Translations under genes and position numbers: made by a program
Shown: positions 19,447 through 29,705 of the stretch, piece after piece
Numbering within the stretch: the first letter of the stretch is position 1
Layout of the letters: every line of letters starts with the position of its first letter
Source: an uncultured bacterium
Lineage (GTDB): Bacteria; Patescibacteriota; Patescibacteriia; Patescibacteriales; UBA12465
Reading direction: 5' to 3'
Assembly (NCBI GenBank): GCA_903945435.1
Contig: CAJAVM010000025.1
Span: 705 to 64,704, forward strand
Length of the DNA stretch: 64,000 nt
The notes under the pieces: generated by a model
What the model saw: the letters and a program-made list of their open reading frames with translations, nothing else
Database searches by the model: none
Told to the model about the DNA's origin: nothing

Positions 19447-19965
19447 ATGAAAAAAATAAATTTGATTGTCGCTTCAACTATAGCAACCTTTAGTCTCATC
19501 GCTTTACCAGCGAAAGCTGTTTGCCCGGTGTGCATTGTTGCCGTTGGAGCTGGTTTAGGCTTATCTCAGTATCTAGGAATAGATGATACTATTTCTGGAG
19601 TTTGGATTGGAGGATTAACAGCCGCCACAGCCGCCTGGACGATTAATTGGTTCAATAAAAAACATTGGAGCTTTGGGAGCAAATCATGGCGCGATGTGAT
19701 AACAGTAATTTTATACTACCTGATGGTTTTTTACCCCCTCATTAGTCAAGATTTAATTGGCCATCCTGCTAACAAGCTCTATGGAATCGATAAACTTGCT
19801 TTTGGTGCCATTTTCGGAAGCTTAGCTTTTTCTGGCTTTAGTTTATGGTATGTAAACTTGAAAAAAAATAATAATGGGCATGCTTATTTTCCTTTTCAAA
19901 AGGTAGCTATGCCATTTGGAGCTTTAGTATTTTGTAGTTTAGTCTTTTACTTTCTTACTAAATAA
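19447..19965 (+). CDS. Membrane protein with N-terminal CPVC motif
   Basis: Signal peptide AKA|VCPVC, GIDD..SGVWIGG, about four TM segments, FPFQKV. Confidence 0.75.
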   Translation: MKKINLIVASTIATFSLIALPAKAVCPVCIVAVGAGLGLSQYLGIDDTISGVWIGGLTAATAAWTINWFNKKHWSFGSKSWRDVITVILYYLMVFYPLISQDLIGHPANKLYGIDKLAFGAIFGSLAFSGFSLWYVNLKKNNNGHAYFPFQKVAMPFGALVFCSLVFYFLTK

Positions 19966-19971
19966 AAATAT

Positions 19972-20490
19972 ATGAGTGAAATTTTAAATTTAAATGAATT
20001 AGTTGAAAAAGTTGATCAACTAAAAAAGGATAATGCGCTTGACTTATCTTCCGATCAAGACTTAAGTATTGCAATTATGAATCTAGTTAGCATTGAAGAG
20101 CATTTTTTCTTTACTGGTGCTAAGACCGGTAATGACAAATACTATGACCTGCTAACTGAAGTTCGAGAAATGCGCAAACAACTATTAAAAAGAATCATCA
20201 AAGAATATGAAGGTGAGGTGTGGTGTATTTCTAAACATATGCTCGCCGCTTCCTATCGCTTAATGGAAGTAGGAACCAAGGCTCAAGCTAAGGGCAATAA
20301 AGAAGATGCTAAAGAAATGTTTCAGAAAGCTTATGATTTATATTCTTTATTTTGGGGTTTAAACATGAAATTGATTGATATCGGCGAAGTTAAAAAAATT
20401 GATGATAACGATTTAAACGTTAAAAAACAGACCGTAGCCGGAAAACTTGGCGCTTTAGTAAAAAAAGTAGTTGATTGTTGTATCGAATAA
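19972..20490 (+). CDS. Helical hypothetical protein with putative metal ligands
   Basis: EEH, WCISKH and C-terminal DCCIE. Confidence 0.75.
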   Translation: MSEILNLNELVEKVDQLKKDNALDLSSDQDLSIAIMNLVSIEEHFFFTGAKTGNDKYYDLLTEVREMRKQLLKRIIKEYEGEVWCISKHMLAASYRLMEVGTKAQAKGNKEDAKEMFQKAYDLYSLFWGLNMKLIDIGEVKKIDDNDLNVKKQTVAGKLGALVKKVVDCCIE

Positions 20491-20526
20491 AAAAATTAAA
20501 AAATATAAAAACTCTTACATACATAA

Positions 20527-20557
20527 AAAAGGCTATCCTGCATAAAGATAGCCTTTT
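20527..20557. terminator. Bidirectional intrinsic terminator
   Basis: AAAAGGCTATC-9 nt-GATAGCCTTTT between convergent genes. Confidence 0.8.
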
Positions 20558-20601
20558 AGTTTCCAACACTAACTTTAAAAACGGTCTTTAAAATACCAAT
20601 T

Positions 20602-20982
20602 TCAAATATTAGTACATTTTTTTCTTTCATTAAAAAAATCACGAGGAAAATCTTCATGAAAAGACGCAAACGCTTTCTGCTGATGATGGTTAAGATGCAA
20701 AATTTCAATCGGGATAAAGGTCATAGAACCAATGCCACCAAATTTTAATCCGCTAACAGCGACTGTTTCATTGGAACAAAACTCTTTGCGAGAAATATTC
20801 TCAACAAAATAGGAAACGATATCGCCCCCAATTAAAACTAAACCGCAAGGAAGTTTATGAACCCCAGCTTTAACTTCCGCTAAATGATGAAGAACCTTAC
20901 CCTCTTCACTCTGATACCAACCATCGGCATTTTTAGTTAATTCCATTAATGCCTTTCCAATACTTTTGTTTTTTTCTACCAT
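20602..20982 (-). CDS. Hypothetical protein
   Basis: 126-aa ORF with upstream TTGACT-17-TATATA and downstream terminator. Confidence 0.65.
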   Translation of the reverse strand: MVEKNKSIGKALMELTKNADGWYQSEEGKVLHHLAEVKAGVHKLPCGLVLIGGDIVSYFVENISRKEFCSNETVAVSGLKFGGIGSMTFIPIEILHLNHHQQKAFASFHEDFPRDFFNERKKCTNI

Positions 20983-21077
20983 GATGCTTTGTTTTTATAA
21001 CGTAGGACAATAAAATTTAAAAGAACTAGAGAATATAATAATGATAAATTGGAAAAAGTCAATACTCTAAAAATACA

Positions 21078-21100
21078 AAAAACTGGGATAAACCAGCTTT
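21078..21100 (-). terminator. Probable terminator
   Basis: AAAGCTGG-tttatc-CCAGTTTTTT on minus strand. Confidence 0.55.
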
Positions 21101-21122
21101 AATACAGAAAAGAAGATATATT

Positions 21123-21803
21123 TTATTTTTTAGGACTAACAACAATAACCTCTTTAATAATTTCTTTAATCGGCTCATGATAGCCCGTTGTATAAGCTCT
21201 AATAGCATTCAATATCACCTTCTCATCATAACGATAAGATTCGCCCTTACGGGTTCCGGGGTCATTTGTAATAAACTGCCTATTTTTATAGTCATAACCA
21301 TTAATTAGCAGCATATGTCTTTCTGGTCCAGCTCCTGAAAAATTAGGATTTTTTAAGGTTTTTCCGTTAGTCGGTGCAATTACTAAATTCCCTGCTTCTA
21401 GCTCTTTAATAATATCTTCCTTATTCTGGATTTTTCTTATTGCCGTATTCTTATATTTAAAATAATCTCTAAATAGCCAGGCCTCGATATCACGCAAAGA
21501 AACATCGCGATATTCTCCGTACTTCTTTTTTTCAAAATCTGATAAAATAATAATTCTTAAGCGCCAATTTTTAGCAATAATATTTTTCTCTCCTCCAACC
21601 CAAGCCATAGCCATTAAAACCGAAGCCTCTTCGCAACCATCTTGTTGTCTTTGGTCCTTCCATTCACCTAGAGGTGCTTGAGAAGTAAATGGAACGTTTA
21701 TTAATAAATTACGCTTGCTACTTTCAGCAGCAAAAACATCGCCCACAAATCCAGCGAAAAAAACGAAAATTAGAAATAAGACAAAATAATGTTTAAATTT
21801 CAT
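21123..21803 (-). CDS. Secreted peptidase C39-like protein
   Basis: Signal peptide; VPFTSQAP, GCEEAS, HMLLINGY, NDPG. Confidence 0.85.
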   Translation of the reverse strand: MKFKHYFVLFLIFVFFAGFVGDVFAAESSKRNLLINVPFTSQAPLGEWKDQRQQDGCEEASVLMAMAWVGGEKNIIAKNWRLRIIILSDFEKKKYGEYRDVSLRDIEAWLFRDYFKYKNTAIRKIQNKEDIIKELEAGNLVIAPTNGKTLKNPNFSGAGPERHMLLINGYDYKNRQFITNDPGTRKGESYRYDEKVILNAIRAYTTGYHEPIKEIIKEVIVVSPKK

Positions 21804-21823
21804 ATAAAGTTATTATAACAGAA

Positions 21824-21853
21824 AAAAAGCCATTCTTTAAGGAATGACTTTTT
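21824..21853 (-). terminator. Intrinsic terminator
   Basis: AAAAAGTCATTC-cttaaa-GAATGGCTTTTTTT on minus strand. Confidence 0.75.
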
Positions 21854-21872
21854 CTAAAATACTTTTAAGGAT

Positions 21873-22631
21873 TTAATTTGCAACCGTTAATTTTTGCACT
21901 GCTCTTAAATCAGTGCGAATAATATTGTAGAATTCGATTTCTCTCATTTTACAAACCTGAGCATCGCCATCAACCAGAAAAAAGAAATGTCGTACAACTC
22001 CAGAATCTTCATAATGTCGTTCACGAATGGCAATAACTGTCGCTTTTCCAAAAATTGTAGAACATCTTTTCTTTTTTTCCGATTCCAAGATGCTAGATTC
22101 TTGAATGACAGTCTTTCCTCCTTTCAGAGTAAAAACTACTTTTCCTTCAGAATGTGAAGAAATAGTATCGCTAATAATTTCTGAGATAAACTTAGCATCA
22201 CCAAAAATTTTCTTTTTGATTAAGAGCTGCTTAAGACGAGCCTGTTCATCATTTTCAGTTAATAAATTTTGAATCACTTTTACAGAGGGTAATTTTCCCG
22301 AAGGAATACTAAATATCACTGCCTGAGCCTGATCGGCAAGCAAGGGCTTTCTTTTAATAACATCGAGAAATAGCGATAAGTGTTTTATGGCCATATCTTG
22401 TGGATACTGCAAAGCGAACTTTCGCCAAGAAAAAGAATAAGGGCCGACAATGGCCCCCTTAGTGGCTAACCGCAACCAGTCATCAAAATCAAAAAAAGTA
22501 ACTCCTTTTTGAGCCAAGTTAACTCCAGCCTTAGGGCTTTGATTAGCAATACTTAAAATTTCCTCCACAGCTGGACCGGCCTGTCCAGAAATTTTTAGGC
22601 ACGAATTCAAAAAACCGAAAAAATTTTTCAT
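21873..22631 (-). CDS. Hypothetical protein
   Basis: 252-aa ORF, no recognised motif. Confidence 0.7.
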   Translation of the reverse strand: MKNFFGFLNSCLKISGQAGPAVEEILSIANQSPKAGVNLAQKGVTFFDFDDWLRLATKGAIVGPYSFSWRKFALQYPQDMAIKHLSLFLDVIKRKPLLADQAQAVIFSIPSGKLPSVKVIQNLLTENDEQARLKQLLIKKKIFGDAKFISEIISDTISSHSEGKVVFTLKGGKTVIQESSILESEKKKRCSTIFGKATVIAIRERHYEDSGVVRHFFFLVDGDAQVCKMREIEFYNIIRTDLRAVQKLTVAN

Positions 22632-22804
22632 AACGAATAATTTGTTTGTTAAACAAAACGCTCGAGGCGCAAATTAATTTTAAAAAGAACAATTTAAAAA
22701 ACGCTCAGAATACTATAAACTAGGCGTATTTTATCCACCAATTTAAACATACTAGTCACACCCTGTCAATATGATATACTATTTCGGTAAACAATTTATT
22801 TTTT

Positions 22805-23614
22805 ATGCCCGACCTCACACTACTCCTTCATTTATTAACTCAATTTTCTTGGCTAGGTAACTGGCTCTTTTTAATTTTAGCCTTTATTGAATCGGCGCCA
22901 TTTATTGGAATGTTTATGCCTGGAGCAACACTAATCTCAATCGGTGGATTTTTAGCGGCTCAGGGATACCTGAATACTTGGGATATTGTGCTTTTTGCAA
23001 CTATAGGGGCAATCATGGGTGATTTTTTTAGCTATTCCCTCGGACGCTGGGGAGGAGACTGGATTAAAAGAAATAAGATCATTAATCAAAGACTACTCTA
23101 TCATGGCGAAAACTTCTTTCAAAATCATGGTAATAAAAGTGTTTTTCTGGGTCGCTTTTTCGGCCCAATTAGAGCAATTATTCCTTTTATCGCTGGCTTA
23201 TCAAAAATGCCCACTAAAGCTTTCGTGTTTTGGAATATTTTAAGCGCAATTGGCTGGGCATTATTAAATGTTTTTTTAGGATATTTTTCTGGAACTTTAT
23301 TAGCACTACTATTCAAGAAATGGTCAGGACGAGCAAGTCTAGCCGTAGTTATTATTCTCGCTGTTTTATTGGGCTACTGGCTGACTAAAAATAAAGGTGA
23401 ATCAATTATTGCTTATTTCCGTTTAAGTAGTTTAAATTTTTCTACTCGACTACGTAGCTATGCTTGGTTTAATAAATTTAATATTAAATACCAGATTGCT
23501 AACGAATACTTCACGGAAACTAAATATGCCGCCGAAAAGTTATTCGGCGGCATTATAATACTTATTTCTTTAATTGGAGTTTATATCCTAATCGAAATTC
23601 TTGATCTTATTTAA
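22805..23614 (+). CDS. DedA family membrane protein
   Basis: FIES...PG, GD..SY.LGR, GRFFGPIR. Confidence 0.92.
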   Translation: MPDLTLLLHLLTQFSWLGNWLFLILAFIESAPFIGMFMPGATLISIGGFLAAQGYLNTWDIVLFATIGAIMGDFFSYSLGRWGGDWIKRNKIINQRLLYHGENFFQNHGNKSVFLGRFFGPIRAIIPFIAGLSKMPTKAFVFWNILSAIGWALLNVFLGYFSGTLLALLFKKWSGRASLAVVIILAVLLGYWLTKNKGESIIAYFRLSSLNFSTRLRSYAWFNKFNIKYQIANEYFTETKYAAEKLFGGIIILISLIGVYILIEILDLI

Positions 23615-24734
23615 AGATTTTAGAATTTATAATTTCATCAATCACTAATTGTTTACCTACAGGAGAATAATGGGTATCGCCGCCATAAAAAAGCAAATCA
23701 TCAGGGTTTGTTTTTTTGTATTGAGTAAAAATTTGATATACATCAATATATTGTATTCCTCTTTTTTGAAGAGCAGCTTGTAATAAGGGAATAAAGTTAT
23801 CATAAGATTTACCGCCAGCAACCAAATCTCCATAAACAGAAAATTTATTAGGAATTATTAAATATACAAAAGTTAAATTATATTTTTCTTGAATTAACCT
23901 TGCTTCTTGAGCGATATTATCCGCCAAGTAATTTATTTCCTCGAGCTTTTTCTTATCTTCATTAAAATTTATCTCTGCATCAAAAAATAATAAGTTAGGG
24001 TTATCTAAATAAATTGGAGTTTTACTATTAATATCACCAAACCAATTAAAAGCCTTATTTTTTAACCAAATATTTACTGGCCTAAATAATATATTATTTT
24101 TAATAAAATATTCCACGCTTACTCTATCAAATAAAACACTACGAATATTGGACTTAGTTATAAATACCTTAACCCGGCTCTTAATATCAGACCAGTAATC
24201 ATTTTTTAAGGTATTAATATCGCTTACAGAATTATTTTTAAAATCAAATTCTAGCCCACGTGCCCTTTCAACGGCATTGCGTTCAACCGTTTCTAAAATA
24301 AAATATTTCCCTGTTCCTGTTTGATAATTTATTTCTGCCAAATATTTTAAAGGTGTTACTTCTCTACCCGATGTCGGCTTATAAAAAATTTTCTGATTCC
24401 AATTATTTTCTAAAGCATTAGGGACTGGGTCAGAATCATAGCCAGTATTAAAAAACGAGTCACCTTTTAAAATTACGGCCGCTTCATTTACTGACCAGTC
24501 AGCTGTTAATGGAGTATTCTGAATTTTTTCTTTGAACCTCTCTACCTCCGAAAAGCCAAACAAATCTCCACCCAGATATTTTTTTCCGTCATCTCCCAAG
24601 TAAATTCCGGTGCCATAGTCCTGATATAAGAACTTGCGCCCTAACTCTTTATCTTTTCCGGCTACTAAGAAAAAGGCTCCCAGAAAAAAGAAGATAAATA
24701 AAATAAAAATTGTAATTTTTTTTAAAACTTTCAT
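23607..24734 (-). CDS. AlgX/AlgJ-like SGNH O-acetyltransferase
   Basis: GDSF, IIPNK, DTHYS motifs; follows MBOAT gene. Confidence 0.8.
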   Translation of the reverse strand: MKVLKKITIFILFIFFFLGAFFLVAGKDKELGRKFLYQDYGTGIYLGDDGKKYLGGDLFGFSEVERFKEKIQNTPLTADWSVNEAAVILKGDSFFNTGYDSDPVPNALENNWNQKIFYKPTSGREVTPLKYLAEINYQTGTGKYFILETVERNAVERARGLEFDFKNNSVSDINTLKNDYWSDIKSRVKVFITKSNIRSVLFDRVSVEYFIKNNILFRPVNIWLKNKAFNWFGDINSKTPIYLDNPNLLFFDAEINFNEDKKKLEEINYLADNIAQEARLIQEKYNLTFVYLIIPNKFSVYGDLVAGGKSYDNFIPLLQAALQKRGIQYIDVYQIFTQYKKTNPDDLLFYGGDTHYSPVGKQLVIDEIINSKIFK

Positions 24735-24738
24735 TTCA

Positions 24739-26181
24739 TTAAAATTGAAAGTATATAAACTGCTCGTTCACGAAGCGTCCTAAAAGCATAATTATAAATA
24801 CGATAAACAAGCAGGCAACGACTTGAATAAACAGGGGCAACCTAAATAATTTTTCCAAGCGTTTATCTTCAGCAATAAAATAATCAACAAAAGTTAAAAA
24901 ACTAATTGCACCAAAAATAATCAAAAAAGAATAACGATATTGAAGCAAAAATGGCCATAAACCTGATAAATTATAGCCATCGCTTACTATCTGTTTTAAA
25001 ATATACCAAGCTTCACCTACTGTTTGCGCCCTAAAAAATATCCAAGCGATACAAATTAGTATAAAAGTACTTATCATCTGATAAATATTATATACAGTGC
25101 CAAATAATTTAAAATTCTGCGTAAATTTTTGGCTAAGTTTATCTACCCAAATTGCGAAGACTAGATAAAAACCATTTAAACCGCCCCAAATAACATAAGT
25201 CCAATTCGCGCCATGCCAAATACCGCTCAGCAAGAAAGTAATAAACAAATTATATTGCCAGCGCCAAACAGCAACTCGACTACCGCCTAAAGGAATATAA
25301 ACATAGTCGCGAAACCAAGATGATAAAGATATGTGCCAACGACGCCAAAATTCAGAAATTGATTTAGAAAAATACGGCGCTTTGAAATTAACCATTAATT
25401 CAAAGCCAATAGTGCGCGCCAATCCGCGAGCCATATCTGAGTAGCCAGAAAAATCACAATAAATTTGAAATGCAAACAAAAAAGTTCCCAGAACAAAATA
25501 AGCCCCCGTATATTCATAGGGGTTATTAAAAATCTGATTTACAAAAATAGAAACCCTATCTGCAATAACGACTTTTTTAAATAAACCCCAAATAATCAAA
25601 CGCAGACCACTAAAAAAACGCTCAATCTGAAAAAAATGCTTTTCATGAAACTGATGCAATAAATTTTGCGGCCTTTCTATAGGTCCAGCGACTAACTGCG
25701 GGTAAAACATTACATACAACGCAAAAATTCCAAAACTTCTTTCAACTTTTTGACGACCATAATAAACTTCAATAATATAGCTCAAACTTTGAAAAGTATG
25801 AAAAGATAGGCCAATTGGCAACACCCAGGACAAGCTTTGAAGAGAATAGTTCCAATGAATGATTTCCGCTAGAGCTCCCAAATTGGCATTAAAAAAATTA
25901 AAATATTTAAAAACAAACAACATCCCGATATTAGATAGGATGCTTATCATTAAAATTATTTTTTTCTTAGCTCCAGACGACTTAGCAAGTAAAATCCCAG
26001 CAAAATAATCAACTGTAATGGTAAATGCTAAAATTAAAATATACTGAGGGACAAACCCCATATAAAAATAGCAACTGGCAAACAGAAGCCATAACCAACG
26101 GAACCTATGTGGAAGAATATAATAAAATCCCGTAACTAACGGAAAAAAGACAAATAAAAAAAATAGAGAATTAAAAAGCAT
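24739..26181 (-). CDS. MBOAT O-acyltransferase (AlgI/PatA type)
   Basis: LPIGLSFHTFQ, QIYCDFSGYSD, FWRRWHISLS, WHGANW. Confidence 0.95.
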   Translation of the reverse strand: MLFNSLFFLFVFFPLVTGFYYILPHRFRWLWLLFASCYFYMGFVPQYILILAFTITVDYFAGILLAKSSGAKKKIILMISILSNIGMLFVFKYFNFFNANLGALAEIIHWNYSLQSLSWVLPIGLSFHTFQSLSYIIEVYYGRQKVERSFGIFALYVMFYPQLVAGPIERPQNLLHQFHEKHFFQIERFFSGLRLIIWGLFKKVVIADRVSIFVNQIFNNPYEYTGAYFVLGTFLFAFQIYCDFSGYSDMARGLARTIGFELMVNFKAPYFSKSISEFWRRWHISLSSWFRDYVYIPLGGSRVAVWRWQYNLFITFLLSGIWHGANWTYVIWGGLNGFYLVFAIWVDKLSQKFTQNFKLFGTVYNIYQMISTFILICIAWIFFRAQTVGEAWYILKQIVSDGYNLSGLWPFLLQYRYSFLIIFGAISFLTFVDYFIAEDKRLEKLFRLPLFIQVVACLFIVFIIMLLGRFVNEQFIYFQF

Positions 26182-26243
26182 AGATTACTTATACAATTTA
26201 AAAGAAAAAATGCTATAATAAATATAAATTAGATTATAATATT

Positions 26244-28772
26244 ATGCAAATCAATAAAGTTACAACTTCCGATTTAAAAGTTTTACCGCTTTCGGATTTA
26301 TATACAATTACTAGCTCAAGTCCAGAAGGCTTAAAAACTGCAGAAGCTATCGAAAGGTCAAAACTTTTTGGTTATAATGAATTTAAATCAGCAAAGAAAG
26401 TATCTTCCATAATTCTATTTCTCGGCTATTTTAAAAATCCTTTAATTATAATTTTAATCGTAGCCGCTTTAATCTCAGGAATGACTGGCGAACTACGCAG
26501 CATGTCGATTATCTTATCAATGATTTTTTTTAGTATTATTTTAAATTTCTATCAAGAACATAAATCCAGCAAAGCCGCCGAAAAGATTGCCCGTCGTCTC
26601 GCCATTCAAGCAAAAATTAGACGCAACGGAAAAGATCAAGAATTTGATAAAAAATATATTGTCCCTGGGGACATCGTTTTACTCGCCGCTGGAGATATAG
26701 TCCCGGCTGACGGGAAGATTATTAGCGCTGATGATTTCTTCTTAAATGAAGCGAGCTTAACCGGAGAAAGTTTGCCGACCGAAAAATTTATTGATAATAA
26801 CAATTATATTTTTGCTGGAACTAATGTTATTTCTGGTTACGGTAGTTTTTTAGTAACCAATATAGGAATTACAACTGAATTTGGCCAAATTGCTCAAAAC
26901 ATATCAAGACCCGAAATAGAGAACGCCTTCGAAAAGGGTATAAAGAGTTTTGGCTTTCTTATTATCCGTGTAATCATTTTAATTGTAGCGATTATCTTTT
27001 TGATAAACGCTATTATGCATAAAGGTTTCTTAAACTCCTTTCTCTTTGCTTTAGCGGTTGCTGTTGGTGTAACCCCTGAATTATTACCGATGATTATGAG
27101 TATTAATATGGCTAAAGGCGCCGCTAAAATGGCCAAAGGCGGTGTTATTGTCAAGAAGTTAAACTCTATACCAACATTTGGCTCTATGGATATTTTATGT
27201 ACAGATAAGACCGGAACTCTAACGGAGGATAAAATAACTCTCATTAAACACGTTGATATTTTCGGAAAAGAATCGGAAAATATTTTTCTCTCAGCTTATA
27301 TTAATGGCTACTTCGAGACTGGAATAAAAAGTATTTTAGATAAAGCGATTCTAGAACATCAAACACTAGAAATGGGGCCATATAAAAAAATTGAAGAACT
27401 CCCTTACGACTTCAATCGCAAACGCTCTTCCATTGTTTACGAAAAAAATGGAAATCTAACAATGATTACGAAAGGGGCACCCGAAGAAGTTTTCAAAATA
27501 AGTACCGAATATTTTGATGGTGGAAAAGTGAGACCGCTAACTCCAGAAATTTTAAAACAAGCAAGTGCTATATATGATAGTCTTAGCAGCCAAGGTTTAA
27601 GAGTATTAGCAATTGCCGAAAAAAATATTACAGAAAGAAAAATGCAGTATCCTCTATCAGAGGAAAGCTGTCTTATTCTTAAAGGCTTTATGGCGTTTTA
27701 TGACCCGCCCAAAATAGACGTGAAAGAAACCTTAGTATTTATGAGGGAACACGGAATAGAAATGAAGATTCTTACTGGCGATAGCCCTCTGGTAACTAAA
27801 AAAATCTGTGAAGATATTGGTCTTGAAGTAAAAGGGATCATTACTGGTGCTGATTTAGACTTAAACAAATTAACCGATGAAGAAATTTATAAAAAAATAA
27901 AAGATGTGACCATCTGTGCGCGTTTAAGCCCGAGTCAAAAAGAAAAAATTATTATTGAACTAAAAAGAAATGGTTTAGTTGTTGGCTATTTAGGCGACGG
28001 CATTAATGATGCTCCATCTTTAAAATCAGCCGATGTGGGAATCTCAGTAGATAACGCCGTTGATATCGCTAAAGAAACGGCAGATATCATTTTAATGAAA
28101 AAAGGGTTGAAAGAACTTATGGATGGCGTTATTGAAGGAAGAAAAACATTCGGCAACACCATGAAATATTTACTGATGTGCCTTAGTTCTAACTTTGGAA
28201 ATATGTTCTCCATGATAGGAGCGAGCTTATTCCTTCCATTTTTCCCTATGACTGCTGGCCAAATTTTACTTAACAATTTTATCTATGATACTTCTCAACT
28301 CTCGATTCCGTCTGATAATGTTGATAAAGAATATTTAAAAAAGCCTAAACACTGGAACATAAAATTTATTAAAAAATATATGCTGGTATTCGGGCCTATA
28401 AGCTCTCTATTTGATTTTCTAACTTTCTATATTTTATTCGGAGTACTTCATTTAAGTGGCGGAACCTTTCAATCTGGCTGGTTTATCGAATCACTAGCAA
28501 CTCAAACTTTAGTCATTTATATTATCCGTACTCAAAAAGTTCCCTTCTTTGAATCCTGGCCAAGCAAGTTATTATTAGCTACTACCCTAGGTGCGGTTGG
28601 CCTTGGCGCCATAATTGCTATAAGTAAATTTGGAGCCATCTTCGGTTTTGAGCCATTACCAATTATCGCCTTCTTCGCAATCTTTGTAATGGTAATCATC
28701 TACTTAATAATGGTAGAGATTGTAAAACAGCAATTCTACAAAAGAACAGCTAGCGCTGAGATTATAAGATAA
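26244..28772 (+). CDS. mgtA: Magnesium-translocating P-type ATPase
   Basis: TGES, TPELLP, DKTGTLT, GDGINDAP, SSNFGNMFS, GWFIESL. Confidence 0.93.
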   Translation: MQINKVTTSDLKVLPLSDLYTITSSSPEGLKTAEAIERSKLFGYNEFKSAKKVSSIILFLGYFKNPLIIILIVAALISGMTGELRSMSIILSMIFFSIILNFYQEHKSSKAAEKIARRLAIQAKIRRNGKDQEFDKKYIVPGDIVLLAAGDIVPADGKIISADDFFLNEASLTGESLPTEKFIDNNNYIFAGTNVISGYGSFLVTNIGITTEFGQIAQNISRPEIENAFEKGIKSFGFLIIRVIILIVAIIFLINAIMHKGFLNSFLFALAVAVGVTPELLPMIMSINMAKGAAKMAKGGVIVKKLNSIPTFGSMDILCTDKTGTLTEDKITLIKHVDIFGKESENIFLSAYINGYFETGIKSILDKAILEHQTLEMGPYKKIEELPYDFNRKRSSIVYEKNGNLTMITKGAPEEVFKISTEYFDGGKVRPLTPEILKQASAIYDSLSSQGLRVLAIAEKNITERKMQYPLSEESCLILKGFMAFYDPPKIDVKETLVFMREHGIEMKILTGDSPLVTKKICEDIGLEVKGIITGADLDLNKLTDEEIYKKIKDVTICARLSPSQKEKIIIELKRNGLVVGYLGDGINDAPSLKSADVGISVDNAVDIAKETADIILMKKGLKELMDGVIEGRKTFGNTMKYLLMCLSSNFGNMFSMIGASLFLPFFPMTAGQILLNNFIYDTSQLSIPSDNVDKEYLKKPKHWNIKFIKKYMLVFGPISSLFDFLTFYILFGVLHLSGGTFQSGWFIESLATQTLVIYIIRTQKVPFFESWPSKLLLATTLGAVGLGAIIAISKFGAIFGFEPLPIIAFFAIFVMVIIYLIMVEIVKQQFYKRTASAEIIR

Positions 28773-28855
28773 CGCCCAATAGTAGAGAAGGTTCTGTATT
28801 TGATTTTAAGAGTCGCCTGTATTAAAATATACCTAGTTACTTAAAAATTATAAAC

Positions 28856-29668
28856 ATGAAAAAATTACTGACTTTCGGAATTTCGTGTCTTGTTTATCTT
28901 GTCTTACTTACCCTATCACCCGTAATTTTTATAATGGTAACAATAATATTCTTAGCCCCTGGCCATGTAGTAATTTATCTACTGAGAATAATTGTTTATA
29001 TTATAATTTACCTGATTTTTGAAGTAGGCAATCGAGTAAAAATTAGTGGAAGAGAAAATCTTCCTAAAGGAGAGCGTATTTTATTCCTCTCTAATCACGA
29101 GACTTTAATCGATTCATTCCTCATCGCCTTGGGAACGCTAACTTTTTGGGATGCTATTTTTCACCAAAAAAGAATGGCCTACAATGTTCCTGAAGTAAAA
29201 AATTTTTATTACAACGAATTTGTAAAAATATTTTTTACTGCCCTCAAAACTGTGCCCATATCTAGAAGCGGAGTTAGCCGAGCTAAAATAGAAGCACAGA
29301 TTAATCAATTTGCCAGTCTGCTGGAACGTGATAATCTGGTCATCTTTTTTGAAGGAACCCGCAGTAGGGATGGTGAGATCCATGAATGTCGCGTTGGACC
29401 AGCTTTAACAATTTTAAAAGCTAGGCCACGTTATGTGATTCCTATTCTACTCGACGGTATTCACTCTATTATGCCAATCAAGTACGGCTCTAAAATTAAT
29501 ACTCATATCAATATGGGTAATGTCGGAAAAATGGTTATTGGCAAGCCCTTAGATTTAGAAAAATTCTATCAAGGGGATTACAACTGGGATGATGCTATTG
29601 CAAAAAGCCCAGAACTACGAAAATTAATTGAAAATTCAATTAAAGATTTAAAAAAACCTCCCGAATAA
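28856..29668 (+). CDS. 1-acyl-sn-glycerol-3-phosphate acyltransferase-like (PlsC family)
   Basis: NHETLID (HxxxxD) and FFEGTRS. Confidence 0.88.
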   Translation: MKKLLTFGISCLVYLVLLTLSPVIFIMVTIIFLAPGHVVIYLLRIIVYIIIYLIFEVGNRVKISGRENLPKGERILFLSNHETLIDSFLIALGTLTFWDAIFHQKRMAYNVPEVKNFYYNEFVKIFFTALKTVPISRSGVSRAKIEAQINQFASLLERDNLVIFFEGTRSRDGEIHECRVGPALTILKARPRYVIPILLDGIHSIMPIKYGSKINTHINMGNVGKMVIGKPLDLEKFYQGDYNWDDAIAKSPELRKLIENSIKDLKKPPE

Positions 29669-29680
29669 GGAGGCTTTTTT
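29651..29680. terminator. Bidirectional terminator
   Basis: AAAAAACCTCC-cgaataa-GGAGGCTTTTTT. Confidence 0.7.
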
Positions 29681-29705
29681 ATTATAAATTTGAAGTGGGC
29701 CACTA

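Noticed and set aside
26182..26243. Mg2+ riboswitch or leader peptide before mgtA
   Set aside because: Only 62 nt of AT-rich divergent promoter DNA
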